Shown here: one piece after another, positions 24,020-36,411 of the stretch
How positions within the stretch are numbered: the first letter of the stretch is position 1
Layout: every line of letters starts with the position of its first letter
Source: Heptranchias perlo
Taxonomy: Eukaryota
Direction: 5' to 3'
NCBI RefSeq assembly: GCF_035084215.1
Contig: NC_090363.1
Location: 12,276,001 to 12,340,000 of the forward strand
Length of the DNA: 64,000 nucleotides
The notes under the pieces: generated by a model
What the model was told of the DNA's origin: nothing
Seen by the model: only the letters and a program-made list of their open reading frames with translations
Databases searched by the model: none
Position numbers and translations under genes: made by a program

Positions 24020-25790
24020 CGAATTACACAGCATTTACAGCAGAGAAACAATCCATTCGGCCTTTCGCCGACATGTAGTTATCATGCTTCCCCTTAATTA
24101 CATTTATCGTATCCGTATGAACTTCTCCATGTGGTAGCAAGTTCCATTTTCTAACAGCTCTGTGGGTAAAGACGTTTCTCCTGAATTATTTATTGGATTT
24201 ATTAGTGACTATCTTATATTTATGGCCCCTCGTTTTGGGCTCGTCCACAATTGGTAACATCTTCTCTGCGTCCAACCTCTCAAACACCTTCATAATTTTG
24301 AAGACCTCTATTAGGTCACACCTCAGCCTTCTATTTTCTGGAGAAAAAAATCTCCAGTCTGTTCGGTCTTTCCTGAAAGTTGTACACTCTCAATTTTGAT
24401 ATCATCCATGTAAAAATTTTTTGAACCTTCTCCAGTGCCTCTGCACCCTTTTGTAACATGGAGACCGCAGTACTCGAAGTGTGGTCAAAGCTACGTTCTA
24501 TATGGGTTTAACATAACTTCTCTACTTTTCAATTCTATTCGTTTAGAAATGAACCCCTGTGTGTTATTTGTTATTTTATGGTTTTGTATGGAGGAGGATG
24601 GTGTGCTCAACCGTGTCAAAGTCTGAAATCAGGTCGGGAAGGATGAGGAGGGATAGTTCCCCACGGTCACAGTAACATAGGATGTCATTTGTGACTTTGA
24701 TAAGATCCGTTTCAATCCTGTGGCAGGGGCGGAAACCTGATTGGAGGGATTCAAACATGGAGTTGCGGGAAAGATGGGCACGGATTCGGTAGGTGGCAAT
24801 AACTGCAAGGATATTGGAGTGGAAATGCAGGTTGGAGATTGTAGTTTGCAAGGACAGATGGGGGAAGGTGTTTTTTTTTGAGCAATGGTGTGATGATGGC
24901 AAATTTAAAGGAGAGCGAGCCACTATAATAGCCATTGATTTGCTTCAAATTCTGACACAAAAGAAACAAGAGTTCACAGCGTGAGAGAAGTTTAGGAATA
25001 CACGTGAGACGGAAATAAAAAAACTTGGAGATGCTCAACATGCCTGTTAACATCTGGAAGAGAAACTCAGGTTAAAACTCTGCATGAGGATCCTCACGTT
25101 AAACCTGTTGGCCACAGTTATTCCAGGCAGCTTTGGACAGGGAAACGTTCACAACATCAGCTAACATGGGGCTACGAAGAGAAATTGTGTGGTCAGCAGT
25201 TTGGTGAGAATAGGGTCGAGTTAGCAGGAGGTGGTCAAGACTAGCTCGGAGAGCGCATGAGGAGAGACAGGCGAGAAAGTAGAGAAAAGTGGAAGCTCAA
25301 GGCTAGGGCAGGGGGAATGCTTGGGGTAAGATTGGCTTAGTGGGCGAAGGGAAAGGAGGGAAGCGGCAGAGGCAGTTGAACGCATGGTCTCTCAGTAATC
25401 TTAGTAATAACGAAGTCCATCAGCTCGTCGCACTTGTTGTTGGAGGTGGCTGTCGAGGGGCAGTGGTTAGAGGTTTTAGAAGACCGTTTGCAGTGGAGAA
25501 AAGAAGACGGGGTTTATGTTTTCATTCCAGGATGATACTGCAATAGTGAGCAATTTTGACAGAGGAGAACAGGACCCGATAAAGCTGTATGTGGTCCAGC
25601 CAGATCTGGCAATGAATTGATAAACCAGTTGTCGGCCATAAATTTTAAAGTCTGGGGCCCTTGGACTTAAGCAAGTGGAGGTGGGAGCTGTGCCAAGGGC
25701 AAGGACCAGTGTGAGAGGGAGTAATGGTTTTAATGGAGCAAGGGCAACAAAGTTGGAGGTGCGGGTGTGATTGAGCAGATCAGTAGCCAT
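24020..25790 (-). mobile_element. CR1 3' fragment (~24020-24580) joined to L2 ORF2 relic (~24585-25790)
   Basis: CR1 RPHFEYCG-like segment, then MFESLQSGFRPCHRIETDLIKVTNDIL...DFDTVEHTILL. Confidence 0.78.
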
Positions 25791-26375
25791 TAGGTACAGT
25801 GCAGATATTATATATTGATCAGAATAACTCTTCAGGATAGGACAGTGACCAACAGTCACTCAATCGCCGACCATGTTCTGCTGGTGAAATTGTGTCAATC
25901 GCACTGGCACCTGATTGAACGGTGCTGCCGGGTGATGACCCATTTTATATTCCACTTCCAGCTTCGAAATTGTCTGTCATGAAATCAATGCGATTTACCC
26001 CATCACGCTATCACTCTCACAGCGTTTTGATATCATTTACACTTTGACTGTTATGTGCCAACGGACGGGTTCACATTTTATTCCCCTTCTCAATTTCATT
26101 TTTAGATTTTACAACTGGAACAACGGAGCCTTCTCAGAATTAATTAAAGCATCGTGTTACTAACAGCAGAATCACAAAAGAAGCTGCTTTGAGGTAACAG
26201 TTTCAGAGCGGGGGATGACTGAGCCTGAGAGTGCCCAGTTGAGCCTCGATTTTCTAACTGCCTCATTAAGTGATCGTGGAGCGCACTTTACTCATTGATT
26301 TGGAAAATAAATATGTTCTAATGTGTTTGTTCGAAGACCCGTGGCTAATACCAGCTCTTATGTAAAACCACGGTG

Positions 26376-26403
26376 TCCCTGTGGGACTGACTGGTGTATA
26401 AAA
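26376..26403 (+). promoter_or_regulatory. Putative core promoter of copy C (TATAAAA 26397-26403)
   Basis: Homologous to 1111-1138; same distance to ATG 26480. Confidence 0.58.
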
Positions 26404-26479
26404 CAGCTCCTGTTTCAATACGTTGTCTTAGTGTTCAAACCAGACCGTGGCTTCCACGGTGGTCTGAATTAGGCAGGAA

Positions 26480-28000
26480 ATGGGACGAGCAGCAATTTTC
26501 TACGAATCAGTCATCTGCTATCCAATTCTGGCAATTATTGGTCTTCCCAGTAAGTAATAAATTAATGATGAAAGGTCATCGACCTGAAACGTTAACTTTG
26601 CTTGTTTGCTACAGATGCTGCCTCACTGAGTATTTCCAGCATTTTCTGTTTTTATTTCAGAGTTCCAGCATCCGCAGTATTCTGCTCTTGCAGGAATAAC
26701 AAGCATGTATTAAGTGAAACATAAATGCATTGTTGCTTTCACGTTTTGCTGTTTGCCTCCATCTCTTTGTTCCTTGGTTGCCCATTTTATGATAAGCTGA
26801 TTGAATAGAAATCTCTCACTTATCCTTATTTTCTTCAAAACGATAACTATTGTGATATTATATAGTGCTCTCTAAACGTATACATCAAATGCAAGTTCTC
26901 CCCTTTGATAAGCGCCTTGCAATTAGCTACCTGGAATACCTGTGGCCATCAGGTTTATCGTGAGGATCATTATGCGGAGTTTTAACCAGATTTCTCTGGC
27001 CTCCTTTCTCATAAATGATAAACAGCCAATGCTAAAGGAGTGTGATTTTATATCGCTGATCTATTTCTTTGTGATTCTCCTGCTTTCTTTCCAATTTTTT
27101 TCAGCGAACCTGATGTCAGTTGTGATCCTGTCCCGGGGAAAGTGCAGTCTCTCCAAAGGAATCACTCGTTACATGGCGGCCATGGCAGTAGCAGATCTAA
27201 TGGTTTGCATGTTTAATGTCATTTTGCAAAATATCTTTAGGTATCATTTTCTAGATTCATGGTTGAGCTACACTTACGTGTGCCGTTTTACTGCTTTTAT
27301 ACAAGTATTTAGCAGCCAACTCTCTGTCTGGTTCACAGTATCATTCACGTTTGACCGCTTCATATCCATTTGTTGTCAGAAACTAAAATTAAAATATTGC
27401 ACCGAAAGAACTGCTACTGTAGTTTTAATGATCGTGTGTGTGCTCAGCTTTTTGATGAATATTCCTGTTTATCTCCGTTATGAGCCCTACTCTATTATTG
27501 ACGATATACAGTGGGGGTGCCGTACAGTAACAGGATATTATTCTTCATCCGCATGGGAAGCTTACAAATGGATTAGCACTCTCTCATCCCCAATTCTCCC
27601 ATTCCCTTTGTTATTGCTGTTAAATTCTCTCACGGCCAGGCACATCTTAGTGGCCAGTAGATCTCGCAGAGCCCTGAAGAGCCGCAACAACGGGGATAAC
27701 AGCAGTGATCCCGAGATGAAGAACCGAAGAACATCCATCATTCTGCTCTTCGCTATCTCGGGCAGTTTTATTGTGTTGTGGACGCCGATTACTGTAATAA
27801 ACATCTGTGTCGGTGTGACGGAGACACCTACTTTCAAAGGTTCAAACTCACTTTATTTGGCAATTAGAATCACACTTCTGCTGATGTATTTGAGCTCCTG
27901 CACGAACACGTACATTTATGCATTGACCCAGAGGAGATTCCGTGAGGAGATGAAGAATATGGTGAAATATCCATTTACTGTCGTTAAGTTATTTAAATAA
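26480..28000 (+). CDS. GPR139/GPR142-like class A GPCR, copy C (intact, exons 26480-26549 + 27105-28000, 321 aa)
   Basis: Exon 1 is MGRAAIFYESVICYPILAIIGLP+A|GTAAGT, followed by a 555-nt intron and acceptor TTTCAG|CG. The ORF-track N-terminus (26942-27104) is intronic. TM7 reads NTYIY rather than NTCIY. Confidence 0.88.
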
Positions 28001-28419
28001 TTATATTTTAATTCCTCGCATTTTCCTGGCATCTAGGTTGTTTTTTGCGACTTGAAGTTTTTGGCTGAGGCCAGTTATTGCACCCATTGGTTCTCATCCT
28101 TCCACAACATCAGTTGACCATTTTCCCACCTCACAAGGTGATGGCAGTTACGCTGCTGTTCTAAAACTCGCCATACCAATGTCAGCAAACGAATCACACC
28201 GAATTCTCCAAACATATTGCTGATAGGATAAACTTCACAATGTTTCACAATCGTCTATTTTTTGAACAATTGAGCGAGCGAAGTTCCCAATCGGTTCCCG
28301 ACGATTTGCGGAAGATTCGCTTTGGCTCCCATTGGTGAAGCTATCAATTACATAACATAAAGATTCCATCTGGTCTGTACGTGCGAGGGCGTCAGATACT
28401 CATCAGGGATACTTCTTCT

Positions 28420-29065
28420 GCCTCCAGTCTGTAAGGATGTCACTGTCGTCCCTGTGTGTAAGGGTTTGAAATTGATGCAACAGCTATACAAAGCACTGAC
28501 TAAACCGCACCTGGAATACTGTGTACAGCTCTGAGCACCGCACCATCGGAAGGAAATATTGATCTTGGAGGGAGTGCTGCCTAGGTTTACGAGAATGATA
28601 CCTGGACGCCAAGGGTTAAATTAGGTGAGATTACACAATCTAGGTTTGTATTCCCTGGAATTTACAAGATTAAGGTGTGAGTTGATCGAAGTTTTCAAGA
28701 TATTAAGGGGAACTGATAGGACAAATAGAGAAAAACTATTTCCGCTGGCCGGTGAGTCTCGGACAAGGGGATACAGCCTAAAAATAGAGCCAGAACCTAC
28801 AGGAGTGAAGTTATGAAACACTTCTACACCCAAAGAGTGGTGGAATTTGGAACTTTCTTCGGCAATCGGCAGTGGATGCTCGCTCTATTGTTAATTTTAA
28901 ATCTGAGATTGACCGATTTTTGTTAATCAAAGGGAGTAAAGGATTTGGTGCTAAGGCGGGTATAGGAAGTTAGTGCACAGATCAGCCATGAATTCATTGA
29001 ATGGAAGAACAGCCTCGAGGGGCTAAATGTCCTACTCCTGTTCCTATGATCCTATGTTCCTATGA
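28420..29065 (+). mobile_element. Older CR1 LINE 3' fragment (unit C)
   Basis: LGLYSLEFTRLRCELIEVFKILRG...GESRTRGYSLKI. Confidence 0.78.
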
Positions 29066-30130
29066 TATCAGAAACACAACAATATATGTATTTCTTCAAA
29101 GAGTAAGGGACAGAAATGTTGTTTCTTTGTGATAAGCTTCACACTGCTATCCTGACTGGAGATTGATAGACACAGGAAGTCACATCACTGGGTGTACGAG
29201 ACTATATAACAATTGGACCATATTGGAAAATAGCAGAACCTTTTTATTTCATTTATTCTTCGAAAGTGGGCATCCCTGGCAAGGCCGTCCTTTATTGCCC
29301 ATCCATAGTTGCCCTGATAACGTGATGACGGGCTTTCTTCCTTGAATCACCGTAAGTTTTTTGAAACAAATATGTGGCTTGCGTGGCCACATTTGAGGGT
29401 AGGAAAGAGTCAACCAAGCACCTCTGGGCCAGAATGGATGGCTGATTTCCTTCCCGAAAGGACATCATTGAAACGATTGGGTTTTTTAAAGTATCGGACT
29501 GCTTTATGATCACTTTTATTGGCTTTTATTTCCATAGAAACAGAATAAAAATTCTCATAAAGTGATGGTGCAATTCACAGCATCTGGATTACTAGCCCAG
29601 CAATATAACCATTGCATTACCATACCCATAACTTCATTATAATGCGGTGTGCAGTTGGCTCAATCCGCGAATCTGAGCCTTGTTTCTAAACAATCCGTTC
29701 CAATTAAAAGCTCATGTTTTGATGTTTTTGGCGTTAGGAGCTCAATAATTCACTTCAATGCTCAAGGATTGTGGACGTGTAAAAGTTGGGCGGGGTCCGC
29801 TCTCCTGCTCAAATTTAAATGACCCCTCTGTGAAAGCGTGCCTGTCTGGAAGCTGGGAACAGCTGAGCTTTGATTAATCCTAGAGTACATCACATGTCAA
29901 GAATCACAGTGCATCCTCTCAGATACTGGAAGATCATACCCTCTGGACCATGTGGCAGGCTGAGCCGAAAACGTCCGTCAATGTTTACCTGTGAAAGCCC
30001 TTACATTTTGCAGAAATACATATGATAATGCATTGCTTATGGTATTCGTGCACACTGAAACCAAAGGTATTCCTCATCATCTCCTGATGTCCTCCGGCGT
30101 ACAGACCAATTGCAACTTCTCTGTTCTGCA

Positions 30131-30418
30131 GCTGATATTTTCACTCATATGGACCAAAGGCAATATTTCCGTTCTGCAGATGATCTCGTCACTCATCGGG
30201 ACCAGATGGAATCTTCCAGTTATGCATCTGATATCGTCACTCATAGGAACCAAAGGCAATTTTCTCAATGTGTCGATTATATATTTACTCATAGCAATGA
30301 AAGGGAATCTTCCCGTTGTGTAAATAATATCTTCACTCATAGGGACCTGGTGGAATCCTGCCATTGTGTATCTGACATCTTGACTCGTAGGGGAAAAAAA
30401 GGAATCTTCCCCCCTTTG
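30131..30418. repeat. Degenerate 48-bp tandem repeat, 6 units (unit C)
   Basis: Homolog of 7546-7833; 16-aa periodicity visible in ORFs 30110-30478, 30077-30364 and 29991-30323. Confidence 0.82.
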
Positions 30419-31774
30419 TCAAGCACTGATGGGAATCTTCTCCATCTACGTTTTTATCTCAAATATGAAATGTTTTAAGCATTAAGTTACGCATGTGATC
30501 ATCTAACGTTCACCAGATTGATACATCTGGATGAAAGTGTTCAATATGTAACTTGTACTTCATTGCTTTTTCCCCGTCTACGTATGTTGTGAGTCTATCT
30601 TAAGAATTGATCGCAACTCAGGAAATGCAAAAATGTAATTCATTGCCCGCATGACTGATTGATTACTTTTTCGCTCTGCTGAGCACATCTGAATCAAAAT
30701 TGCAATGAATTTATGTGATTTTAAAATATTTTTACTGAGCCAATTCACCAGAAATACTTTTCCATGCAATTTGATTTGATATAACTGTCCTGCTTAAGGA
30801 GTCGATGGCCAATTTATCAGGGCATGAGCTATCTTCGAAAGGCCTGATGTGTAAATGACATCATTCATGATGCAATGATTGGACGGTGATAAACTCAGAC
30901 AAGAATCATTGGCGGATTAAAAGAGGAAAGTTGATTATATCGGCCTGCTATCAACAAAGTGGTGGATATGATTGCATGATGAATGATAAAAGTAATTATT
31001 TTGGGAAAGGAACGGAGTGATGCAGAGTACAGATTGTGGGGAGTTCCTCAGTCCTAAAAGACTCAGGCGATGGGCCATGAGCAACTGCGCAAGTAGAAGG
31101 ACATAAGGGGAAGTTTGACAGCAATAAGCCAATCGTTCGTTCCAAACCTTATGATATTAGCTTGTTTAATTGTTCTATTATCATCCCTATCAATGGCTTT
31201 GAATATTTGTAAATTAAATTACCAAAACACTCACCAGTAGGAATCTGATGGTGTATAAAGGAGCCAATGAGGTCATCAGTAGAACTGCCTCACCGAACTC
31301 CATACTGGTGATCAGAGATTGGAAGAGAACTTTCATGTCGATGGATTAATTAAGATTTAAAAATTACCTCCTTAATTTTGGAAAGCACAGGGTTAAGTGC
31401 AATAGGCCTTTAGTTAGAAAGTCTGAGCAATCGACGTTCTTTGGGATAGAACGTTGGCAAAGAGCTCTCGAAGTAAAAAGGATATGAGGAATGAATGCAA
31501 CCGACAGTGTGTAAACAGATCAACACGTGGCTGAGATCAGACACATGCATCTCGAAAACCATAGGAAGAATTCTACCAGAGTTAGAGTTTTTTGGAGTTA
31601 ATGAAAGGCATGATCCAACATACAGTTTATTATAATGTTGAAACATTACATAATGTGGCCGTGAGAATGCCTTGAAGACATTTTAGTGAGGTTTCACTAT
31701 ATGATTGGTATATTAATATATTCCAATTTGGCTTTCACAAGCTTAATCCACATTCAAACATGTGCCTGGGGCAG

Positions 31775-33670
31775 GAAATCAACATAGGAACAAGAGTAAA
31801 CCATTTAGTCCCTCGACCCTTTCCGCTGTTCAATGAGATCATGGCTGATCTGTATCCTAACTCCATCCACCCGCCTTGGTTCCTGATCCTTAAACAACCT
31901 TGGCTGGCAAAACTTTAATCGATGTAAGATTTATAATTATTAATTGAAGTAGCATCTGTTGCTTTTTGTGGGAGAGAGTTCCACATTGCTACCACTCTAT
32001 GTGTGACGAAATGTTTCCTAATTTCTCACCTCAAAAGCCTGGTTATGATGTTAAGGTTATGTCCCCTTGTCCGAGACTCCCCAACCAGCGGAATTTTTTC
32101 ACCTCCACCGACCCTATCAAATCCTTTCCAAATCCAAAAAAAGTCAATCAAATCACCCGTTAACCTTTTATATTCGTGGGACTACAAGACTGGTTCGTGT
32201 ATTCTCACCATATAATCTAACACTTGGAGCCCTGGTAACATTTCTTCACTCAGAGGGTGGTGAACCTATGGAATTCTCTTCCACAGAAGGCTGTGGAGGC
32301 CAAGTCACTGAACATATTTAAGAAGGAGCCAGATAGATTTCTAGACACAAAAGACATCAAGGGGTATGGGGAGAGAGTGGGAATATGGTGTTGAGATAAA
32401 GGATCAGCCATGATCATATTGAATGGCGGAGCAGGCTCAAAAGGGCGGAATGGCCTACTCCTGCTCCTATTTTCTAAGTTTCCATGTAACATTCTGGTGA
32501 ATTTGCGCTGCACTCCTTCCAAGGCCAATATATCCTTTCTGAACTGCAGTGCCCAGAACTGTACACAGTACTCTTGATGTAGTCTAACCAGGGCTTTGGA
32601 AAGCTGGAGCAAACCTTCCTCCCCTTTATATTCTAGCCCTCCACTTATAAAGGCTAACATTCCATTAGTCTTTGTGATTATTTTTTTTTACCTGACTACA
32701 ACATTTTAGTGATCTGTGTAGATGGACCATTAAATATCGTTGGACCTGCACTGGTCCTAACTTTTCACCATTTAAAAATACTCGGATCAATCCTTTTTTG
32801 GTCCAAAATGGATGACCTCACACTTGTCTGAAATTAAATTTCAATAACTTCGCCACAACAAAAGTTAGACTGACAGATTTTTAATTTCCTGGTACTTCTC
32901 TCTCGCATCTTTCTTAAATAAAGGTTTTACATTTGCAGTATTCCAATCTAAAGACGCAATTCCAGAATCGAGAGAGTTTTGGAAGAGTATGGCTAAAGCA
33001 TCTGCAATTTCCTCACCTACTTCCTTTAAAATCCAGGCGTGGAAACCATCAGGCCCTGAGGATTTGTCAGTCTATACTGCCCTTATTAATCCTAATTTTG
33101 TTGTCTTGCTTACATTAACGTCAGTGAGTTTCAGTCCTTGATTCATTATTAATTTCCCTGGAATGTCAGATATATTATCCTTTTCCTCTACTGTGAAGAT
33201 TGACACAAAATAATTATTCAACAAGTCTGCCACTTCCTTATTTTCATTTGCAATATTACCAGCGCCTGTTTTGATTACCGTTTTTCTTCTAATATAATCG
33301 TAAACACCTTTTGTGTTAATCTTGGTATCCCTCGCAAGTTTCCTTTCATATTCCGTTTTTGCAGCTCTTATTATCTCTTTTTGTTTCCTTTGCTGTTCTT
33401 TATATCACCACCAGTCCCCTGGATCTACACTATTCCTTGCACTTTTTAAATGCTCTTTCGTTTAGTTTTATGTTACCTCTCATCTTTTTTATTCTGCCAT
33501 GGCTCTTCATTGGGACGTGACATTATTTTTTGAACACCGCCCACTGATCATCGGTAGTTTTACTCGTAAACAGTTTTGATAAGTTTGCTTTCGTCAGTCT
33601 CTGTCTCACCGCTTTAAAGTTTGACATATCACCATCTAGAATCTTAGAAATCGTGTTAGGTTTCTCCTTC
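31775..33670 (-). mobile_element. Old CR1 fragments with nested 243-bp CR1 (32243-32485)
   Basis: MLAFISGGLEYKGEEGLLQLSKALVRLHQEYCVQFWA; TSD GTAACATT. Confidence 0.78.
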
Positions 33671-33674
33671 GGGA

Positions 33675-33965
33675 ATGAATCATTCCCTTTAACCACTGTG
33701 TACTGTACATGTACAGGACTGACACTGAAACACACACGGGCCGTACAGTACCAGATGTGAGCAAATCATTCTCTTTTCCCCTTGTGTACTGTACTTATAA
33801 AGGAGCTGACATTAGGACACAAACACAGGCCGTACAATACCAGAAGGGCGTGACTTAGTCCCTTTTTCCCGCTGTGTGCTGTCCATGTGCAGAAGCTGAC
33901 ACTGAGACATACACGGGCCATACTGTCCCAGACGGGAGTGAACCATTCCCCTTTAATATGTAACG
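33675..33965. repeat. ~88-bp tandem repeat (unit C, ~3 units)
   Basis: Homolog of 11165-11545. Confidence 0.8.
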
Positions 33966-33979
33966 TGTTTCATTGTGTT

Positions 33980-35715
33980 ACATAGCGTTTACAACAGAGA
34001 AACAATCCATTCGGACTTTCTCCGACATGAAGTTATCATGCTTCCCCTTAACTACATTTATAGCTTCCGCCTTAACTTCTCCATGTGGTAGCAAGTTCCA
34101 TTCTCTAACAACTCTGTGGGTAAAGACGTTGCCCCTGAATTTTTTATTGGATTTATTAGTGACTATTTTATTTTCATGGCCCTTCGTTTTGGACTCCTCC
34201 ACAACTGGTAACATCTTCTCTACTTCTAACCTCTCAAACACCTTCATAATCCTGAAGACCTCTATTAGGTCACCCATCAGCCTTCCCTTTTCTTGAGAAA
34301 AGATGTCCAGCCTGTTTGGTCTTTCTTAAAATGTTGATATCATCCATGTAATTTTTTTTTGGAATCTTCTCTAGTGCCTCGATACCCTTTTGTAACATGG
34401 AGACCGCAGTACTCAAAGTGTGGTCGAACCAACGTTCTATTTTGGTTTAACATAACTTCTCTGCTTTTCAATTCTATTCGTTTAGAAATGAACCCCTGTG
34501 TGTTGTTTGTATTTTTATGGCCTTGTATGGAGCAGGATGGTGCGCTCAAACGTGTCAAAGTCTGAGGTCATGTCGAGAAGGGTGAGGAGGGATGGTTCAC
34601 CACGGTCACAGTCACATGGGATGTCATTTGTGACTTTGATAAGTTCCGTTTCAATCCTGTGGCAGGAGCGGAAACCTGATTGGAGGGGTTCAAACATGGA
34701 ATAGGGGGAAAGATGGGCACGGATTTCGGGAGGAGACAACAACTTCAAGGACATTGGAGCGGAAATGCAGGTTGGAGATTGTAGTTTGCAAGGGCAGATG
34801 GGCGAAGGTGTTCTTTTGAGCAGGGTTGTGATGACGACAGATTTAAAGGAGAGCGAGCCAGTAAAATAGCCATTGATTTGTTTCAAATTCTGACACAAAA
34901 GAGTTCACAGCGTGAGAGAAGTTTAGGAATACACGTCAGTCAGAAATACAAAATCTTGGAGATGCTTAACAAGCCTGTTAACATGTGGAAGAGAAACTCA
35001 GGTTAAAACTCTGCATGAGGATCCTCACGTTAAACCTGATGGCCAGAGTTATTCCAGGCAGCTTAGGACAGGGAAACGTTAATATCATCAGCTAACATGG
35101 GGCTAGGAAGTGAAGTTGGGTGGACAGCAGTTTGGTGGGAATAGGGTCGAGGTAGCAGGAGTTGGTCAAGACTAGCTCGGAGAGCGCATGAGGAGAGACA
35201 GGCGAGAAAGTAGAGAAAGGTGGAAGTTCAAGGCTAGCGCAGGGAGGAACCTTGGGGTAAGTTTGGCTTCGTGGGTTAAGGGAAAGCAGGGAAGCGACAG
35301 AGGCAGCAGAACGGATGGTCTCAATCTTAGTAATAACGAAGTCCATGAGCTCGTCGCACTTGTTGTTGGAGCTGACTGCAGAGGGGCAGTGATTAGAGGT
35401 TCAAGAATACCGTTTGCAGTGGAGAAATGACGCCGGGGTTAATGTTATCATTCCAGGATGGTCCTGGAATATTGAGCAATTTTGGCAGAGGAGAATAGGA
35501 CACGATAAAGCTTTATGTCGTCCAGCCAGATCTGGCAATGGATTGTTATACCAGTTGTCCGCCGTAAATGTTCAAGTCTGGGTCCCTTGGACTTCAGGGA
35601 GGGGAGATGTGGGCTGTAACGGGGGTAAGGACCAGGGTGAGAGGCAATAATTGTTTTAATGGAGCAAGGGCATCAAAGTTGGAGGTACGGTGTGATTGAG
35701 CAGATCGGTAGCCAT
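33980..35715 (-). mobile_element. CR1 3' fragment (~33980-34515) joined to L2 ORF2 relic (~34520-35715)
   Basis: GDLIEVFRIMKVF...WNLLP; MFEPLQSGFRSCHRIETELIKVTND; SCYLDPIPTKLL. Confidence 0.8.
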
Positions 35716-36307
35716 TAGGTACAGTGTAGATATTTTATATTGAAAAAAATATGCATTCAGGGTACGACAATGACTAACAGTCACTCAATCGCCGACCATG
35801 TTGCGCTGGTGAAATTGTGTTCGTCGCACCAGCACCTGATTGAACGGTGCTGCCGGGTGATGACCCATTTTATATTCCCCTCCCAGCTCCGATATTGTAT
35901 CTCATGTTGTCAATGCGATTTACTCTATCACTCTATCACTCTCACAGCTTTTTGGTATGATTTGCACTTTGACGGTTAAGTGCTAACTGACAGGTTCACA
36001 TTTTATTCCCCTTCTTCTCCAATTCACTTTTAATTTTTAGAACTGGAACAACGGAGCCTTCGTAGAATTAATTAAAGCATCGAGTTACCAAGAGCTAAAT
36101 AACGTCATCAAGAAACTGCTTTGAGGTCACAGTTTCAGCGCGGGGGATGACTGAGCCTCAGAGTGCCCAGTGGAGCCTCGATTTTCGCACTGCCTCATGA
36201 AATGATCGTGGAGCGCACTTTACTCATTGATTTGGAAAATAAATATGTTCTAATATGTTTGTTCGAAGGCCCGTGGCTAATACCATCTCTTATGTAAAAC
36301 CACTGTG

Positions 36308-36335
36308 TCCCTGTGGGATTGACTGGTGTATAAAA
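36308..36335 (+). promoter_or_regulatory. Putative core promoter of copy A' (TATAAAA 36329-36335)
   Basis: Duplicate of 1111-1138. Confidence 0.5.
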
Positions 36336-36411
36336 CAGCTTCTGTTTCAATTCATTGTCTTTGTGTCCAAACCACAGCCTTGCTTCCACGATTGTCCGGT
36401 TTCGGCAGGAA

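Larger units (their letters stand above)
1..35197 (+). repeat. Higher-order tandem segmental duplication, copy 1 (units A-B-C)
   Basis: Position 1 (ACAGGCGAGAAAGTAGAGAAAGG) recurs at 35198, and ORFs recur with offsets of ~35,170-35,198. The true boundary may lie outside the window. Confidence 0.95.

Noticed and set aside
26942-27104. N-terminal extension of the 352-aa ORF (also 57596-57758, and 2347-2371 in A)
   Set aside because: Non-ATG start; lies between a GTAAGT donor and a polypyrimidine-AG acceptor, so it is intron; not conserved among copies.
31235-31304. MEFG… peptide resembling an immunoglobulin VH leader
   Set aside because: Similarity limited to four residues; frame not conserved in A or B; no V exon or RSS found nearby.
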